A stretch of 64,000 bases of DNA from a virus (lineage: Duplodnaviria; Caudoviricetes), in IMG/VR virus record IMGVR_UViG_3300015214_000001, positions 32,001-96,000 of that record; one strand, written 5' to 3'. Within the stretch, counting starts at the first letter, position 1. Each line of letters opens with the position of its first letter. The position numbers and the translations under genes were made by a program. Below the pieces are notes generated by a model. The model had not been told where the DNA came from and did no database searches. It worked only from the letters and a program-made list of their open reading frames with translations. This document shows, one piece after another, positions 10,166 to 19,719 of this stretch.

Positions 10166-10873
10166 CTATAAGAACCAGATATGACCGCTAAGACCGTTAT
10201 CTGTTAACCATGATGCTATATTCTCTGATAATGGGTGCATGTCCGATGTTCTGATGTTATCATCTGTGATTTGGGGTTGATTGCGCGAATCATAGAATTT
10301 AGCAATTCCGCCTCTGTGATTAAAATGCCAATCAACTGAGCATATCTGCATATCATCATCTACAATCTCACATTTATATGCGCGATCATGTGCGCTAATA
10401 GAAATATTGCGACCAAGAGCTTCTCTATACATCGTATTGATAGACCCTGTATGACTTTCCGATTGCTCCCAATCGCCATAAAGGGGTAAAAGCATCAACC
10501 AGTCGGCATAATCTGTTAACACATCAATAATGCGATTTGTGCTGACATGATACTTGACTGTTGGTGGCAATAAATCATCCTTGATTGAAACAGTCATCCA
10601 TACACTATCGCCATTTTCAAGCTCAAGTGTTACGAAAAAATGTTTCGTTTTATCGCATAGCATGAGTTTTCCTTCACCTACAAAAGAAACTGACCAAAAT
10701 TCGTGCTTAAATGCCCTATTTGCAAAGGCAATGCGATAAACCAAAGCAAGATGATTATTAACAAGATGATTGTTAACAGTTATAACATCTTCACATATAA
10801 TATCCATACCCTCATCATCGGGATGCTCTAATAAACACCACTCACCAACCAGTGACAACAATTTGCTACTCAT
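10166..10873 (-). CDS. hypothetical protein
   Basis: 235-aa ORF, aaggag RBS. Confidence 0.7.
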   Translation of the reverse strand: MSSKLLSLVGEWCLLEHPDDEGMDIICEDVITVNNHLVNNHLALVYRIAFANRAFKHEFWSVSFVGEGKLMLCDKTKHFFVTLELENGDSVWMTVSIKDDLLPPTVKYHVSTNRIIDVLTDYADWLMLLPLYGDWEQSESHTGSINTMYREALGRNISISAHDRAYKCEIVDDDMQICSVDWHFNHRGGIAKFYDSRNQPQITDDNIRTSDMHPLSENIASWLTDNGLSGHIWFL

Positions 10874-11474
10874 TTATTTGCTCCTTCTTGATTATATCGG
10901 CAATAACCGACCATGCTAATGAGCCAGATAAGAAACTAGCAAACCACGATGGCGCTAATTCATGACGAATATCTACCTTTACATCGTTAGAAAAATTTAA
11001 TATATTAACATGGCTGAATATTAAATCCGTGCTATTCTCTCCACCAAATCGACATGAATTATCATTGCTAGAAAATTCGATGTAATCAGCCCATGAAGGC
11101 GAATAATGCAATTGCATCGACAGCGGAATAGGATAATTAGATAGAGGTCTAATAGTACTCCATATTCTAGTAAGTACGCCAATGCGAATAGCACTAAAAA
11201 TTGCAATTAATCGCATCATCACTTTATCGGGATCAAATAATAAATTGTGAAGATCAATATCCTGAATAGAGAGATTATGCCAACCATCCAGATCAAGCAT
11301 TCTTAGCGCTGATCTCATCGCTGCATAATGATATGGAAATCCTGGTGCATTTAAGCGATATTTGATAACATATTCATCGCCTCTAAGTGTAATTTCAAAA
11401 ACAATTTTTTCGCTGAATGCGATAAATACAAGGCGCGTAAGTTTTCCATCATCGCTAACTTCATGAACCAACAC
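10866..11474 (-). CDS. hypothetical protein (true start probably about 11560-11580, interrupted at an A7 run)
   Basis: frame stays open to 11567 without a start codon; nearby ATGs are out of frame by one base at A7 (11537-11543). Confidence 0.65.
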   Translation of the reverse strand: MLVHEVSDDGKLTRLVFIAFSEKIVFEITLRGDEYVIKYRLNAPGFPYHYAAMRSALRMLDLDGWHNLSIQDIDLHNLLFDPDKVMMRLIAIFSAIRIGVLTRIWSTIRPLSNYPIPLSMQLHYSPSWADYIEFSSNDNSCRFGGENSTDLIFSHVNILNFSNDVKVDIRHELAPSWFASFLSGSLAWSVIADIIKKEQINE

Positions 11475-11576
11475 ATCATTACCTTCTTTTTTTAAAAGAT
11501 TGTAGATGTTTGGATCATTGATAAGAGTCGTTGCTATTTTTTTCGTTGCTGTGTTGCCATAACTGTGTCATTTGTG

Positions 11577-11921
11577 TCATTGGGGAATTTCCTTTAATAA
11601 TTTGTGTTTTTGCCTTAATTCGCTAACAATCGTCTTTGCAAGATTAATGTGTCCTTCTTGCAAGAAAGTATTATTGTCTTTATTACTTGCAATTACAAGG
11701 GCAATTCCTGATTCAATGAGACGCAATGCACCTTCAAGGTCAGCGCTATAAGTTGAAATTAAACTATCGCAATTGGGATGAACTATTCGCCTACTGGTCA
11801 GCACAATAGAGCCGTTATGTGTTGAACTCATCCGCATTAAGTCTCCCTGGTGCAAGACAAGGCGACCTCGTTTAGCAAGTGGATTTTTAACTCTAATATA
11901 TTTCCAAGCATTATTGGTCAT
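11577..11921 (-). CDS. hypothetical protein
   Basis: 114-aa ORF. Confidence 0.65.
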   Translation of the reverse strand: MTNNAWKYIRVKNPLAKRGRLVLHQGDLMRMSSTHNGSIVLTSRRIVHPNCDSLISTYSADLEGALRLIESGIALVIASNKDNNTFLQEGHINLAKTIVSELRQKHKLLKEIPQ

Positions 11922-11933
11922 GTTATACCCCTT

Positions 11934-12599
11934 CTATAGATGGTTAAAATTTAAGTCGTAACCTAGTAACCACATCGCAAACCATGTAGAGCAATAGTCG
12001 CGGTCTTTGCTGTAAGAAAATTCGCAGATTCCTTTTACTTGATCGGAATCTCTCAATAGACGAAAGTTAAGCATTGCACCATCGTCAACCCTAACACTGC
12101 GGTCTTTATGTGTAAAGGTGATGCTATAACCATCGCGTCCATGTGCTTCATAAGCTCCAATATGGTCTGCGTCATATGGAACGAATTCTTCTAATATATC
12201 CTTAGTGGGGTTTATGCCTGACATGAGACCGCTATAAATAGCAATCATCCGAATGATTAACAGACGATCATCTACCATGAAATTCGGGAATGTTAAGTTA
12301 TTCATATCGAGGCGCTGAGGCGTTCCTACAATGCGTCGTGCTGTTTCTTTGGTGTTGACTTCTAAAGTGACATCCGCGCCTTCAACTGCGTTTCCAACGA
12401 ATTTAACCCTTACTTTCCGATCTAGCAATAACACGATCAGCACTTCTTTTCCATCTTCATTGATGTAGTAATTCTCAACATCACAACCTAAATTCGCAGA
12501 TGACGCTAACGCATAAACGGATGCTTGTTTGTTGTTGTCATCAACGCTCATGTTCCACCATGTTATAAACTTTTTTGATAGACTTTGCTTATCCTTCAT
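11934..12599 (-). CDS. hypothetical protein, probable paralogue of 10866..11474
   Basis: shares D..L/M.R.IAI.S and WFA..L.G patterns with the neighbouring ORF. Confidence 0.65.
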   Translation of the reverse strand: MKDKQSLSKKFITWWNMSVDDNNKQASVYALASSANLGCDVENYYINEDGKEVLIVLLLDRKVRVKFVGNAVEGADVTLEVNTKETARRIVGTPQRLDMNNLTFPNFMVDDRLLIIRMIAIYSGLMSGINPTKDILEEFVPYDADHIGAYEAHGRDGYSITFTHKDRSVRVDDGAMLNFRLLRDSDQVKGICEFSYSKDRDYCSTWFAMWLLGYDLNFNHL

Positions 12600-13359
12600 G
12601 TCTTGAACTCTCTTTCATTTCGTGGCGCGATCTTCTTATATCACGCGCATATGCTATGTGGTTAAACACAATCGTTTTGCGATACTCGCGTGACAACGCA
12701 TTACGATTATCATTGATTAATTGTATCGTTTCTTCTGGGGTGGGATTAGTCCACGATGCTAATTGCGTAGTCAATACCCCTTTTATGATTTCTGGCACAT
12801 TGCCGATAAACCACGCTGTATTAAAAGTTGCGCTTCCATACCAACTTTTACGCGGCATTTCAAAATTGATCCTGCCATGCGGTAAAACCATTAACATGCC
12901 GTGTCGCTGAATCATGTTTTGTAACGCCTTGCTGCCAAGTGAATCTAATGGCATCAGTAGAGCAAATGGTTTTCCTAAAGCATAAGCGCGGGCCATCCAT
13001 TTGTATTTCAAAGAATATGGTGGGTTCGTGATTTGCACATCATATTCTTCTGCCAGTGGGGTATAAGTGCTATCAAAGTAATCTTGTCCAGTTAATTTGT
13101 CCCCAATGATAACCTTTTTATCCATTTGGATAAGATGGTAAGCTAGATAGCGCTTACCACACGCTGGCTCATATACACGATCATGGTTCATGATTGACGC
13201 TGGCAACATAGATAGAACCTGTGGCGGTGACTGGCAACGATCCTTAGCTGAAACTTTCTTGCTGGATTTTTGCCTTACTTTGCGACCTACGACAGGTAAA
13301 CTAGTTGACTTCGGTTTAGATTTCACTATCAATTCTCCAATCATCACACTCATCACCAA
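12589..13359 (-). CDS. phage DNA amino (probably N6-adenine) methyltransferase-like protein
   Basis: VYEPACGK (motif I-like), VQITNPPYS (motif IV), FALLMP, GRINF. Confidence 0.75.
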   Translation of the reverse strand: MVMSVMIGELIVKSKPKSTSLPVVGRKVRQKSSKKVSAKDRCQSPPQVLSMLPASIMNHDRVYEPACGKRYLAYHLIQMDKKVIIGDKLTGQDYFDSTYTPLAEEYDVQITNPPYSLKYKWMARAYALGKPFALLMPLDSLGSKALQNMIQRHGMLMVLPHGRINFEMPRKSWYGSATFNTAWFIGNVPEIIKGVLTTQLASWTNPTPEETIQLINDNRNALSREYRKTIVFNHIAYARDIRRSRHEMKESSRHEG

Positions 13360-14218
13360 AATAATTATTTAATTTTGACCGAGTGTAATCACTTACATAT
13401 GTGAACCCTTCATATTTATCCTCATGGTTTGGCTTTTTCTTGCTATCAATATATTCTAAGGCATCGAATATTAACTTGCGTATATCTTCAAGTAAGGACT
13501 TGAGGTTATGTTTGTTTAACTCATTGTTCTTCGTGTTGGACATACCATTTAAGAAACTTAACACGTATGTATATGTGTCGAATAAGTCACGCACATGGAC
13601 TCGTGTAGCACTAGCATCTAAGTCAGCTAGATTTCCCTTAAATCGTATTAAGACTGGGTAATGCCCGTGGGAGATCAACTTTAATGAGCCATCCTCGTCT
13701 ATATTCTCTATATGAATATAACACTCTCTGGCAATATCACACCACAAGCCGTTAATCATGGCATTAATAAGCGCAAGAAATGGTGATACATGAGTTGGTC
13801 TATCAAAAGAGCCTGATCCAATAAGTGGTGAATATGGCATCTTATTGGAAGCTATATCCTCTAGTATTCTTGCTACAATTACATTGGGAGTATCACAGTC
13901 TCTATTGCGGAAAACAAAGCGAATAGGAGCTAAATACTTCCATTGTTTGGGTGCTGTGTCAATGATATATAACGTAGCACAAAACCCTAAGTCTGATGAT
14001 CTTAAATCATGCTTCATGTCATCGTCATAAGATAGCGATACACCCACTCTATAATGGTCAAATGTATCCCATTTCAAGAACATTCTTTTATGTAATCCCG
14101 ATTTAAACACGACACTATATGGCAGAGGATTACCCTTCACATACTTGAAAGCAAGATGATCGGCTCGGAGTCCAATAAAGCCATCAACATTGTTCTTAAT
14201 CTTTGAAAAAAGTCCCAT
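13316..14218 (-). CDS. hypothetical protein
   Basis: 300-aa ORF, aaggga RBS. Confidence 0.7.
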   Translation of the reverse strand: MGLFSKIKNNVDGFIGLRADHLAFKYVKGNPLPYSVVFKSGLHKRMFLKWDTFDHYRVGVSLSYDDDMKHDLRSSDLGFCATLYIIDTAPKQWKYLAPIRFVFRNRDCDTPNVIVARILEDIASNKMPYSPLIGSGSFDRPTHVSPFLALINAMINGLWCDIARECYIHIENIDEDGSLKLISHGHYPVLIRFKGNLADLDASATRVHVRDLFDTYTYVLSFLNGMSNTKNNELNKHNLKSLLEDIRKLIFDALEYIDSKKKPNHEDKYEGFTYVSDYTRSKLNNYFGDECDDWRIDSEI

Positions 14219-14242
14219 ATAATCCCTTTCTTGTTTATTTGT

Positions 14243-15396
14243 TTAAAAACGTGGAGTTCCACGTTTTTCTATCTCGCGCTCCCATATATGTAAGGGGCGT
14301 TTCTTGCCATCTTTAACAGCGATCAATTGAAACCCTAAGCTATTAAAAAATTGATTAGCTTGCTCATTGTTGTAAACACAAGTCGCACGCTTAGGAGATG
14401 CTGGCAATGATGCTATTAACCCACTGCCAACCCTATTGCCCATCATTTGTGCTTTCTGATCTACTGCGATTTCATAGATTGTTATCCAACCATCGCGTCG
14501 CAAGTGGAAACGACAAAAACCTACAACACTGCCATTATGTTCAGCTACGATTAATTCTTTTTTCGCAATACTATCACGTAGCGATGGATAACGCAAGTAT
14601 CCGATTGCATCTGGATGCTGATTAGCAATCTGCTTAATGGCAACTATATCACTCTCTACGCCCCACCTAATGCCAGCAACAGTTCTATTCCAGTAAGATT
14701 TCCAATTCATTACGGATAATTCAAAACAAAAGTAAGGCACATCGTTATGAATGTCAGAAAATTTACTTTCACTCAAAAGTGGAAAGTGCCGATTAACGTA
14801 ACCTGAATAGTTACCACTATTGCCACAGAAAAATCCACATGGGTAATTTGCCATTTTTTGAATAAAATTTCCATCCAGACTTACAACATTTTCTATCATA
14901 TGGAATAACTTCATTTGTCTTTGGGGTGATCCACCCAATAAATGCGTAGGCCTAGCGCCAAACTCTTTAGGATTAACTGATGTGCCTTTAGCATATTGAG
15001 TATTACCGCCAGTAGCTACCGAATAAGCTAACCTAATCGGCTTTCCGTTAATGCTATCGGGGATTCGATCAATAATACCCTTCACCTTAGGGATAATTAA
15101 TACTGCTTCTGATACGAGCTTAGATATAACATCAGCCCATTGCATAACCTCATCAAATTGTTCTTCTCGTTCTAAATCTTTGACTGTGGCTAACCTTAAA
15201 TTATGTTCAGAAACAGCATTGGCGTATTGCTCCAATGTCAAGTTGGGGTTATTCCAGTCTTGATCTGCAAATTCTATAGGGTGATGGTTGTTAAGTGGCA
15301 ATTGTGATCCATAGGTTAATCCGTGTCGGATCGCTATCTCAGCAAAGCGCTGATTATTTCCAGCGCAATAAATTATTTCGGGGGGGGTAGAGCCAT
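14243..15396 (-). CDS. putative TGT-like (TIM-barrel) domain fused to C-terminal GNAT acetyltransferase; frameshifted at codon 6 by a C8 tract (plus-strand G8, 15380-15387)
   Basis: ATG 15396 (aagga upstream) gives MALPPPK-stop; one extra C gives MALPPPEIIYCAGNNQRFAEIA... into the 352-aa ORF. N-part has HLLGGSP and SLDGN; C-part has VVGFC, TIYEIAVDQKAQ..G..VGSGL, NEQANQFFNSLGF (GNAT motifs A/B). Confidence 0.65.
14245..14268. repeat. dispersed palindrome, copy 2
   Basis: aaaaacgtggagttccacgttttt overlapping the last codons of the GNAT-fusion gene. Confidence 0.85.
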
Positions 15397-15419
15397 GTTC
15401 TTCTATCCTTATAAATAAA

Positions 15420-15458
15420 CCTTAAAAGCCACACAAGTAACTAGAGTGGCTTTTAAGG
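15420..15458. terminator. hairpin/terminator
   Basis: CCTTAAAAGCCAC/GTGGCTTTTAAGG inverted repeat downstream of 15485..16567. Confidence 0.6.
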
Positions 15459-15484
15459 TCACAAAATACTACAAGAAGGTCTGG

Positions 15485-16567
15485 TTATTCGTTGGCGAAC
15501 GTGTTAATTTCTCGTAACTTTGTCAGTATAGGCTCATCAGAAACGAAATCATCATCTACATTAACATAATCATTCCAAGAGATACCTAGCGCCTTCGAGA
15601 CCTCTTTAGCCATATATGATTTGGCGCATTTTTGACAATACCCTACGCGGGTTTCCTTATTCCAAGAGAATGCTGGATTCGTGTTGTCATGAGCATGATT
15701 GCCAAATGGACAAACTGTTAATTCAGAGAAGCCTCTATTATCAAAGTTGCTAACTCCCAACTTATCTATGATTAGATCATAATAGTCGTTATAAGTATTT
15801 TCGGACAGGCTAATTTCACCTGCGGTTTGTTCTTGAACTATTGACGATTCCTGAACAAGTAAGGCAATTTGATTTGCCAGTTCTTCAAGGTCGATTGGAT
15901 CATATTTAATTGTCCAATACCCACCAGCAGGAGCGCTATAGCTATGGCGCTCTACATATTTCCAATATATTTCTTCCGCGTTATCACTTGTCTTGTAAAC
16001 TTTTGATAAGGCAAGATCAACTTCTTCATATTGCCAATCCCAATCTTCTTTGATGGTGTCAGGATTAACAACACATCCTAACACCTTACCATCAGTGAAC
16101 GCTACGCGAACCTCTAATGCGTAGTGGGTTCTTCCAGTCTGGGAGCGACGAAACAAATATACTGTATCATCTGGACTGATGACAAATTGTTCGTCATGTG
16201 TTCCCATCTCGTCTTGCCAATAAGTAGGCAGATTGTGTAAGACAAAAAGGTTCTTGCGACGATAAAGACCACTCGGTCTTGAAGCATATAGCCATGGTTC
16301 ACCCTGGCTATTTAATGATACCAACACGCGCTCTTTGCGACGAGTATCATCGAATTCTGTAACCCACAGTTCTTCTTCTCCATTATGAGTAGCAGCCACA
16401 ATGGATACCTGATTGTGGAGAAACCAACGATCATGGCTGTTATCATCTGCTCTTAACTTGGATGTTTTTCCTGCTTCGGTGATGATATTATGCAGCTTCT
16501 TTGCAACTGCATAACGATTGTTATGGTTGCTATCTGTCAATTGGCTCACTAAATGTTTGATGTCCAT
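15485..16567 (-). CDS. hypothetical protein with a C-terminal primase-type zinc-binding domain
   Basis: C-terminal CPFGNHAHDNTNPAFSWN...CQKC nearly identical to the module inside the primase-helicase; poly-G promoter upstream. Confidence 0.75.
   Translation of the reverse strand: MDIKHLVSQLTDSNHNNRYAVAKKLHNIITEAGKTSKLRADDNSHDRWFLHNQVSIVAATHNGEEELWVTEFDDTRRKERVLVSLNSQGEPWLYASRPSGLYRRKNLFVLHNLPTYWQDEMGTHDEQFVISPDDTVYLFRRSQTGRTHYALEVRVAFTDGKVLGCVVNPDTIKEDWDWQYEEVDLALSKVYKTSDNAEEIYWKYVERHSYSAPAGGYWTIKYDPIDLEELANQIALLVQESSIVQEQTAGEISLSENTYNDYYDLIIDKLGVSNFDNRGFSELTVCPFGNHAHDNTNPAFSWNKETRVGYCQKCAKSYMAKEVSKALGISWNDYVNVDDDFVSDEPILTKLREINTFANE
15559..15781. repeat. 223-bp direct repeat, copy A (zinc-finger module)
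   Basis: aligns without gaps to 44894-45116 with about 17 substitutions (about 92% identity, counted by eye). Confidence 0.9.
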
Positions 16568-16605
16568 CAGGTTTTCCTTGTGTTTTTAATTAACTTTATA
16601 GTCTA

Positions 16606-16635
16606 ATTCTACCCCCCCCACATCGGGATCGTCAA
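16606..16635 (-). promoter_or_regulatory. sigma70-type promoter with G8 tract in the spacer (18-bp spacer)
   Basis: minus strand TTGACG(16635-16630) atcccgatgt G8(16619-16612) TAGAAT(16611-16606); leader nearly identical to that of the 10038 promoter. Confidence 0.75.
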
Positions 16636-16646
16636 TCCTGTTATTG

Positions 16647-17240
16647 TTAAGGTGTTGTTAAGTTATCATCCATCGGCACATATATTGGTCTTTTGTATAA
16701 GTGAGTGGCAACTAACCACGCTGGATGGGTATCTAACACAACATTAGGCTTATTAGTCCTAACCTTCATATCTCGAATATATCTTTTGCCGATAATCAGT
16801 CCTTCTGTGGGTAGTATGTCGGTTCGCTTCCAAATGTTATGACGACAATCTGATGCGGGATATTCTCTTGTTCGATAATACTTACTTGTTACAATTATCG
16901 TTTTACCAAAGGGACTTTGATCTAAGGGTTGATGATCTGACAGTGTAATATCATCAGCAGCAATAGCAACTAATTTGCGGTCAATTGCAGTCGCCACATA
17001 GAATGCAGTAATCACGTTTGTTGTTTTGAATTCTTGCTCCCAGTCATATTCGTACTCAGATGACCAAGTATATGAAGAATACATCCCTTCTTTTACCCTT
17101 GCTCGATATACGATTATGCCTGTATTTGGCTCAACATTGCTTTTGACCCACTGCGTAACATGCCCGTTGCGGTCTTTCTCAGTATATACTTTCCTCATTG
17201 TTGTAGAGAATGACACTATCTGTCCTATATGATGTTTCAT
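16647..17240 (-). CDS. hypothetical protein with two internally similar halves
   Basis: 197-aa ORF; TGIIVYRARVKEG...AFYVAT resembles EGLIIGKRYIRD...AWLVAT. Confidence 0.65.
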   Translation of the reverse strand: MKHHIGQIVSFSTTMRKVYTEKDRNGHVTQWVKSNVEPNTGIIVYRARVKEGMYSSYTWSSEYEYDWEQEFKTTNVITAFYVATAIDRKLVAIAADDITLSDHQPLDQSPFGKTIIVTSKYYRTREYPASDCRHNIWKRTDILPTEGLIIGKRYIRDMKVRTNKPNVVLDTHPAWLVATHLYKRPIYVPMDDNLTTP

Positions 17241-17345
17241 ATCAAAACCCCTTTATATAGATATGGAGCGTACTATATAACAAAACGCCCATGCGATCAA
17301 GGCACAGGCGCAAATAATTTATTCTGTTTTTATCATAACTAGTTG

Positions 17346-17612
17346 TTATAGGTTACGCCATTCCCTTGCAGAGTAAGTAGCGCCATTTTTCCCGCGCACC
17401 TTACCTGGAGTAATTGACGCGATATTGCCACCACTGGCTGTATTTGTAATCTTTTCACCAGCGATCCAAGTCAAAGCGCCACGTCTATGGGCATCTTTTA
17501 ATTCTTGAGCATCTTGCTCATCAATTGTTACGTCAAAATCATGATCGACTAATCGTATGATTTCACGTAATGGGGTTGAAGATGTGATTTTCTTAAAACT
17601 TTTACTTGACAT
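17346..17612 (-). CDS. hypothetical protein
   Basis: 88-aa ORF, ggag RBS. Confidence 0.65.
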   Translation of the reverse strand: MSSKSFKKITSSTPLREIIRLVDHDFDVTIDEQDAQELKDAHRRGALTWIAGEKITNTASGGNIASITPGKVRGKNGATYSAREWRNL

Positions 17613-17665
17613 TTATATATCTCCAATATATTTGAAATCCCATCAAGATACAGCATAGCACAAAA

Positions 17666-18361
17666 TCAGTCGTGCTTTCTTGATTTTAACTCATTTTTAT
17701 ATGACATTCGATACTCTCTTAAGCAATTCAGGCATCTTCCATATGCTGTATTCAAAGTATAATGACGTGGGAAATTTCCACATTTGGCACATAGAACAAC
17801 TTCTCCGTTTTGTAGCCGCTGTAACATTCGTTGGTTACGTCTCTTTTTCTCATTACTGCTATATTCTAAATAACACTTCTTGCAATAGCCACACAACCCA
17901 CCACCGCTATGCCTATGTAGTTTTCCTTTACACTTAGGGCATTTAGCACCTTTTGATCTCTCAGTTCCATTTTTTAAATACCTGAGTCTACAGCGTTCAC
18001 GGTTACACAGCAGACAATATCTTTGCAATTTCCCAGACTCCCCAATATGCTTTACATTAGTTTTGCACATTGGGCATATCTTACTACCATCATCAGGCTT
18101 GTTTAATATAACCAATATGTCGACAGCGCGAGATGTTAGCATATACTTTGTAGAGCCTTGTATTTCTGCTTTGTTAATGAGCCTGCGACGCAATAACGCT
18201 CTAATCGTGTTATCAGAAATATCATCTAATGTAACCCATATAAACTCATCCGCTATGCTTTGCATTTCTCGCATCACATAGTACATCATTGCGGTAATAG
18301 GCTCACCATTTACAATACGCTTTTCCCAACCGATAACACGTTTTGCTTTCTTATGTAGCAA
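17666..18361 (-). CDS. multi-CxxC zinc-ribbon protein, possible N-terminal winged helix
   Basis: CPMC, CLLC, CPKC, CKKC, CAKC, CLNC; basic composition. Confidence 0.65.
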   Translation of the reverse strand: MLHKKAKRVIGWEKRIVNGEPITAMMYYVMREMQSIADEFIWVTLDDISDNTIRALLRRRLINKAEIQGSTKYMLTSRAVDILVILNKPDDGSKICPMCKTNVKHIGESGKLQRYCLLCNRERCRLRYLKNGTERSKGAKCPKCKGKLHRHSGGGLCGYCKKCYLEYSSNEKKRRNQRMLQRLQNGEVVLCAKCGNFPRHYTLNTAYGRCLNCLREYRMSYKNELKSRKHD

Positions 18362-18400
18362 TTCCTTGTTCTCCTGTGTAGTTATTATGTCCTGATTGCT

Positions 18401-19672
18401 TTAAGGTTGCTCAACGGCATTTGAATGAATATTAGCTGAATGTGCCATGTCATAGGTCATAATGTAAGGCACTGCACCATACCTGCCGACTAAATAACCC
18501 ATAGATAACCATTCCCCTTTGCGTTTCTCGTAATCACTTAATGGGGTTAAAATGGAGCGTCTCTTTTCGTTGGCGCTAATGTCTGGTCTGATGAATTCGA
18601 CAAACCAAACTTGCCCCCTATCTAACCAATTCATCACGTTAACCTGTTGTGTAGCTAGTAGAACCTGCGAGCCAGTTATATTAAATTCGCTATCATGAAC
18701 TAGATCAAGGATAGCATCACAAACGGCAGGATGTAGACCTTCACCATAATTATCTATGACGATAAAGCGTGGATTTTGTCTATTAAATTCTTGATGCAAT
18801 AAACAAAATGTTGCAATCGCTTCTTTCGCGCCGATTGGTAAATCACTCCATAAGATCAACTTGTTATGCACACTATCACGAAATGCCAACTCAGTTGATT
18901 TTACTAATTTTAAGTTGAGATCAGTCTGTGCAGCGCCTACACCTTTAGGGTAGTGTGGTGTAATATCTTGAATCTCAACATTTGATAACTCAAAATCACT
19001 AGCATATAAAAAGCAAGTTAGGGCTTGGCGCAAGGTTTCATTATGGAGCAAGCCACGAATGGCTTCTCGTTTATTGTCCTCATCAACAAAACAGAATAAC
19101 TTTTTAATGTATGCGTGGATCGTCTTTAACTGCGGAACATATCGGCTGGCATGTCCCAAGAACAATGCCTTGTATTGCATATCGTCTTTGCGTAATACTG
19201 AGGAAGGACTTCCCTTCAATGAGCGACCAAAGTTAAATTCATGGCTATTTCTTGTAAATAGCATCTGTGCGCGTTTATTAGGGTAGATATATAACCATTC
19301 TTCCAAAATATCAGCATCAGGTGATAAGACAAACCCATATTGATGTTTCACGCCATCTAGCAGAAACGTCAATTCTAGTTCAATCGGCATAGATGAATTA
19401 CCCCAATGAGTGTGTGGCTCAATGATTTCCTTGCTGAGACTACCAGTATAATTATCTGACTTCGCTACGAGGTCATAGAAAAATTTCATACCCGATAAGA
19501 AGTTAGACTTCCCTGCGCTGTTTTTTCCAAATAACGCATTCATAGATAACAAGGGCATTGCTTCTGTCCCAGTAAGATTTCGTGAGTTTTTCTCACCCTT
19601 AACCTGTGTAAACAGTAGGATTGTTTCTGTCTTAAATGATTTATATCCAGACAATTTAAACTTAATAATCAT
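18401..19672 (-). CDS. AAA_21-family (RloA/AbiEii-like) ABC-type ATPase with atypical Walker B
   Basis: GYKSFK, GKNSAGKSNFL (Walker A), ILEEWLY, IVIDNYGEGLHP, QVLLATQ, DRGQVWFV, YLVGRYGAVP. Confidence 0.8.
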   Translation of the reverse strand: MIIKFKLSGYKSFKTETILLFTQVKGEKNSRNLTGTEAMPLLSMNALFGKNSAGKSNFLSGMKFFYDLVAKSDNYTGSLSKEIIEPHTHWGNSSMPIELELTFLLDGVKHQYGFVLSPDADILEEWLYIYPNKRAQMLFTRNSHEFNFGRSLKGSPSSVLRKDDMQYKALFLGHASRYVPQLKTIHAYIKKLFCFVDEDNKREAIRGLLHNETLRQALTCFLYASDFELSNVEIQDITPHYPKGVGAAQTDLNLKLVKSTELAFRDSVHNKLILWSDLPIGAKEAIATFCLLHQEFNRQNPRFIVIDNYGEGLHPAVCDAILDLVHDSEFNITGSQVLLATQQVNVMNWLDRGQVWFVEFIRPDISANEKRRSILTPLSDYEKRKGEWLSMGYLVGRYGAVPYIMTYDMAHSANIHSNAVEQP

Positions 19673-19719
19673 AGTTGTTTACTTCACTTTCATTACTTAG
19701 ATAACTAACACCAATCATA

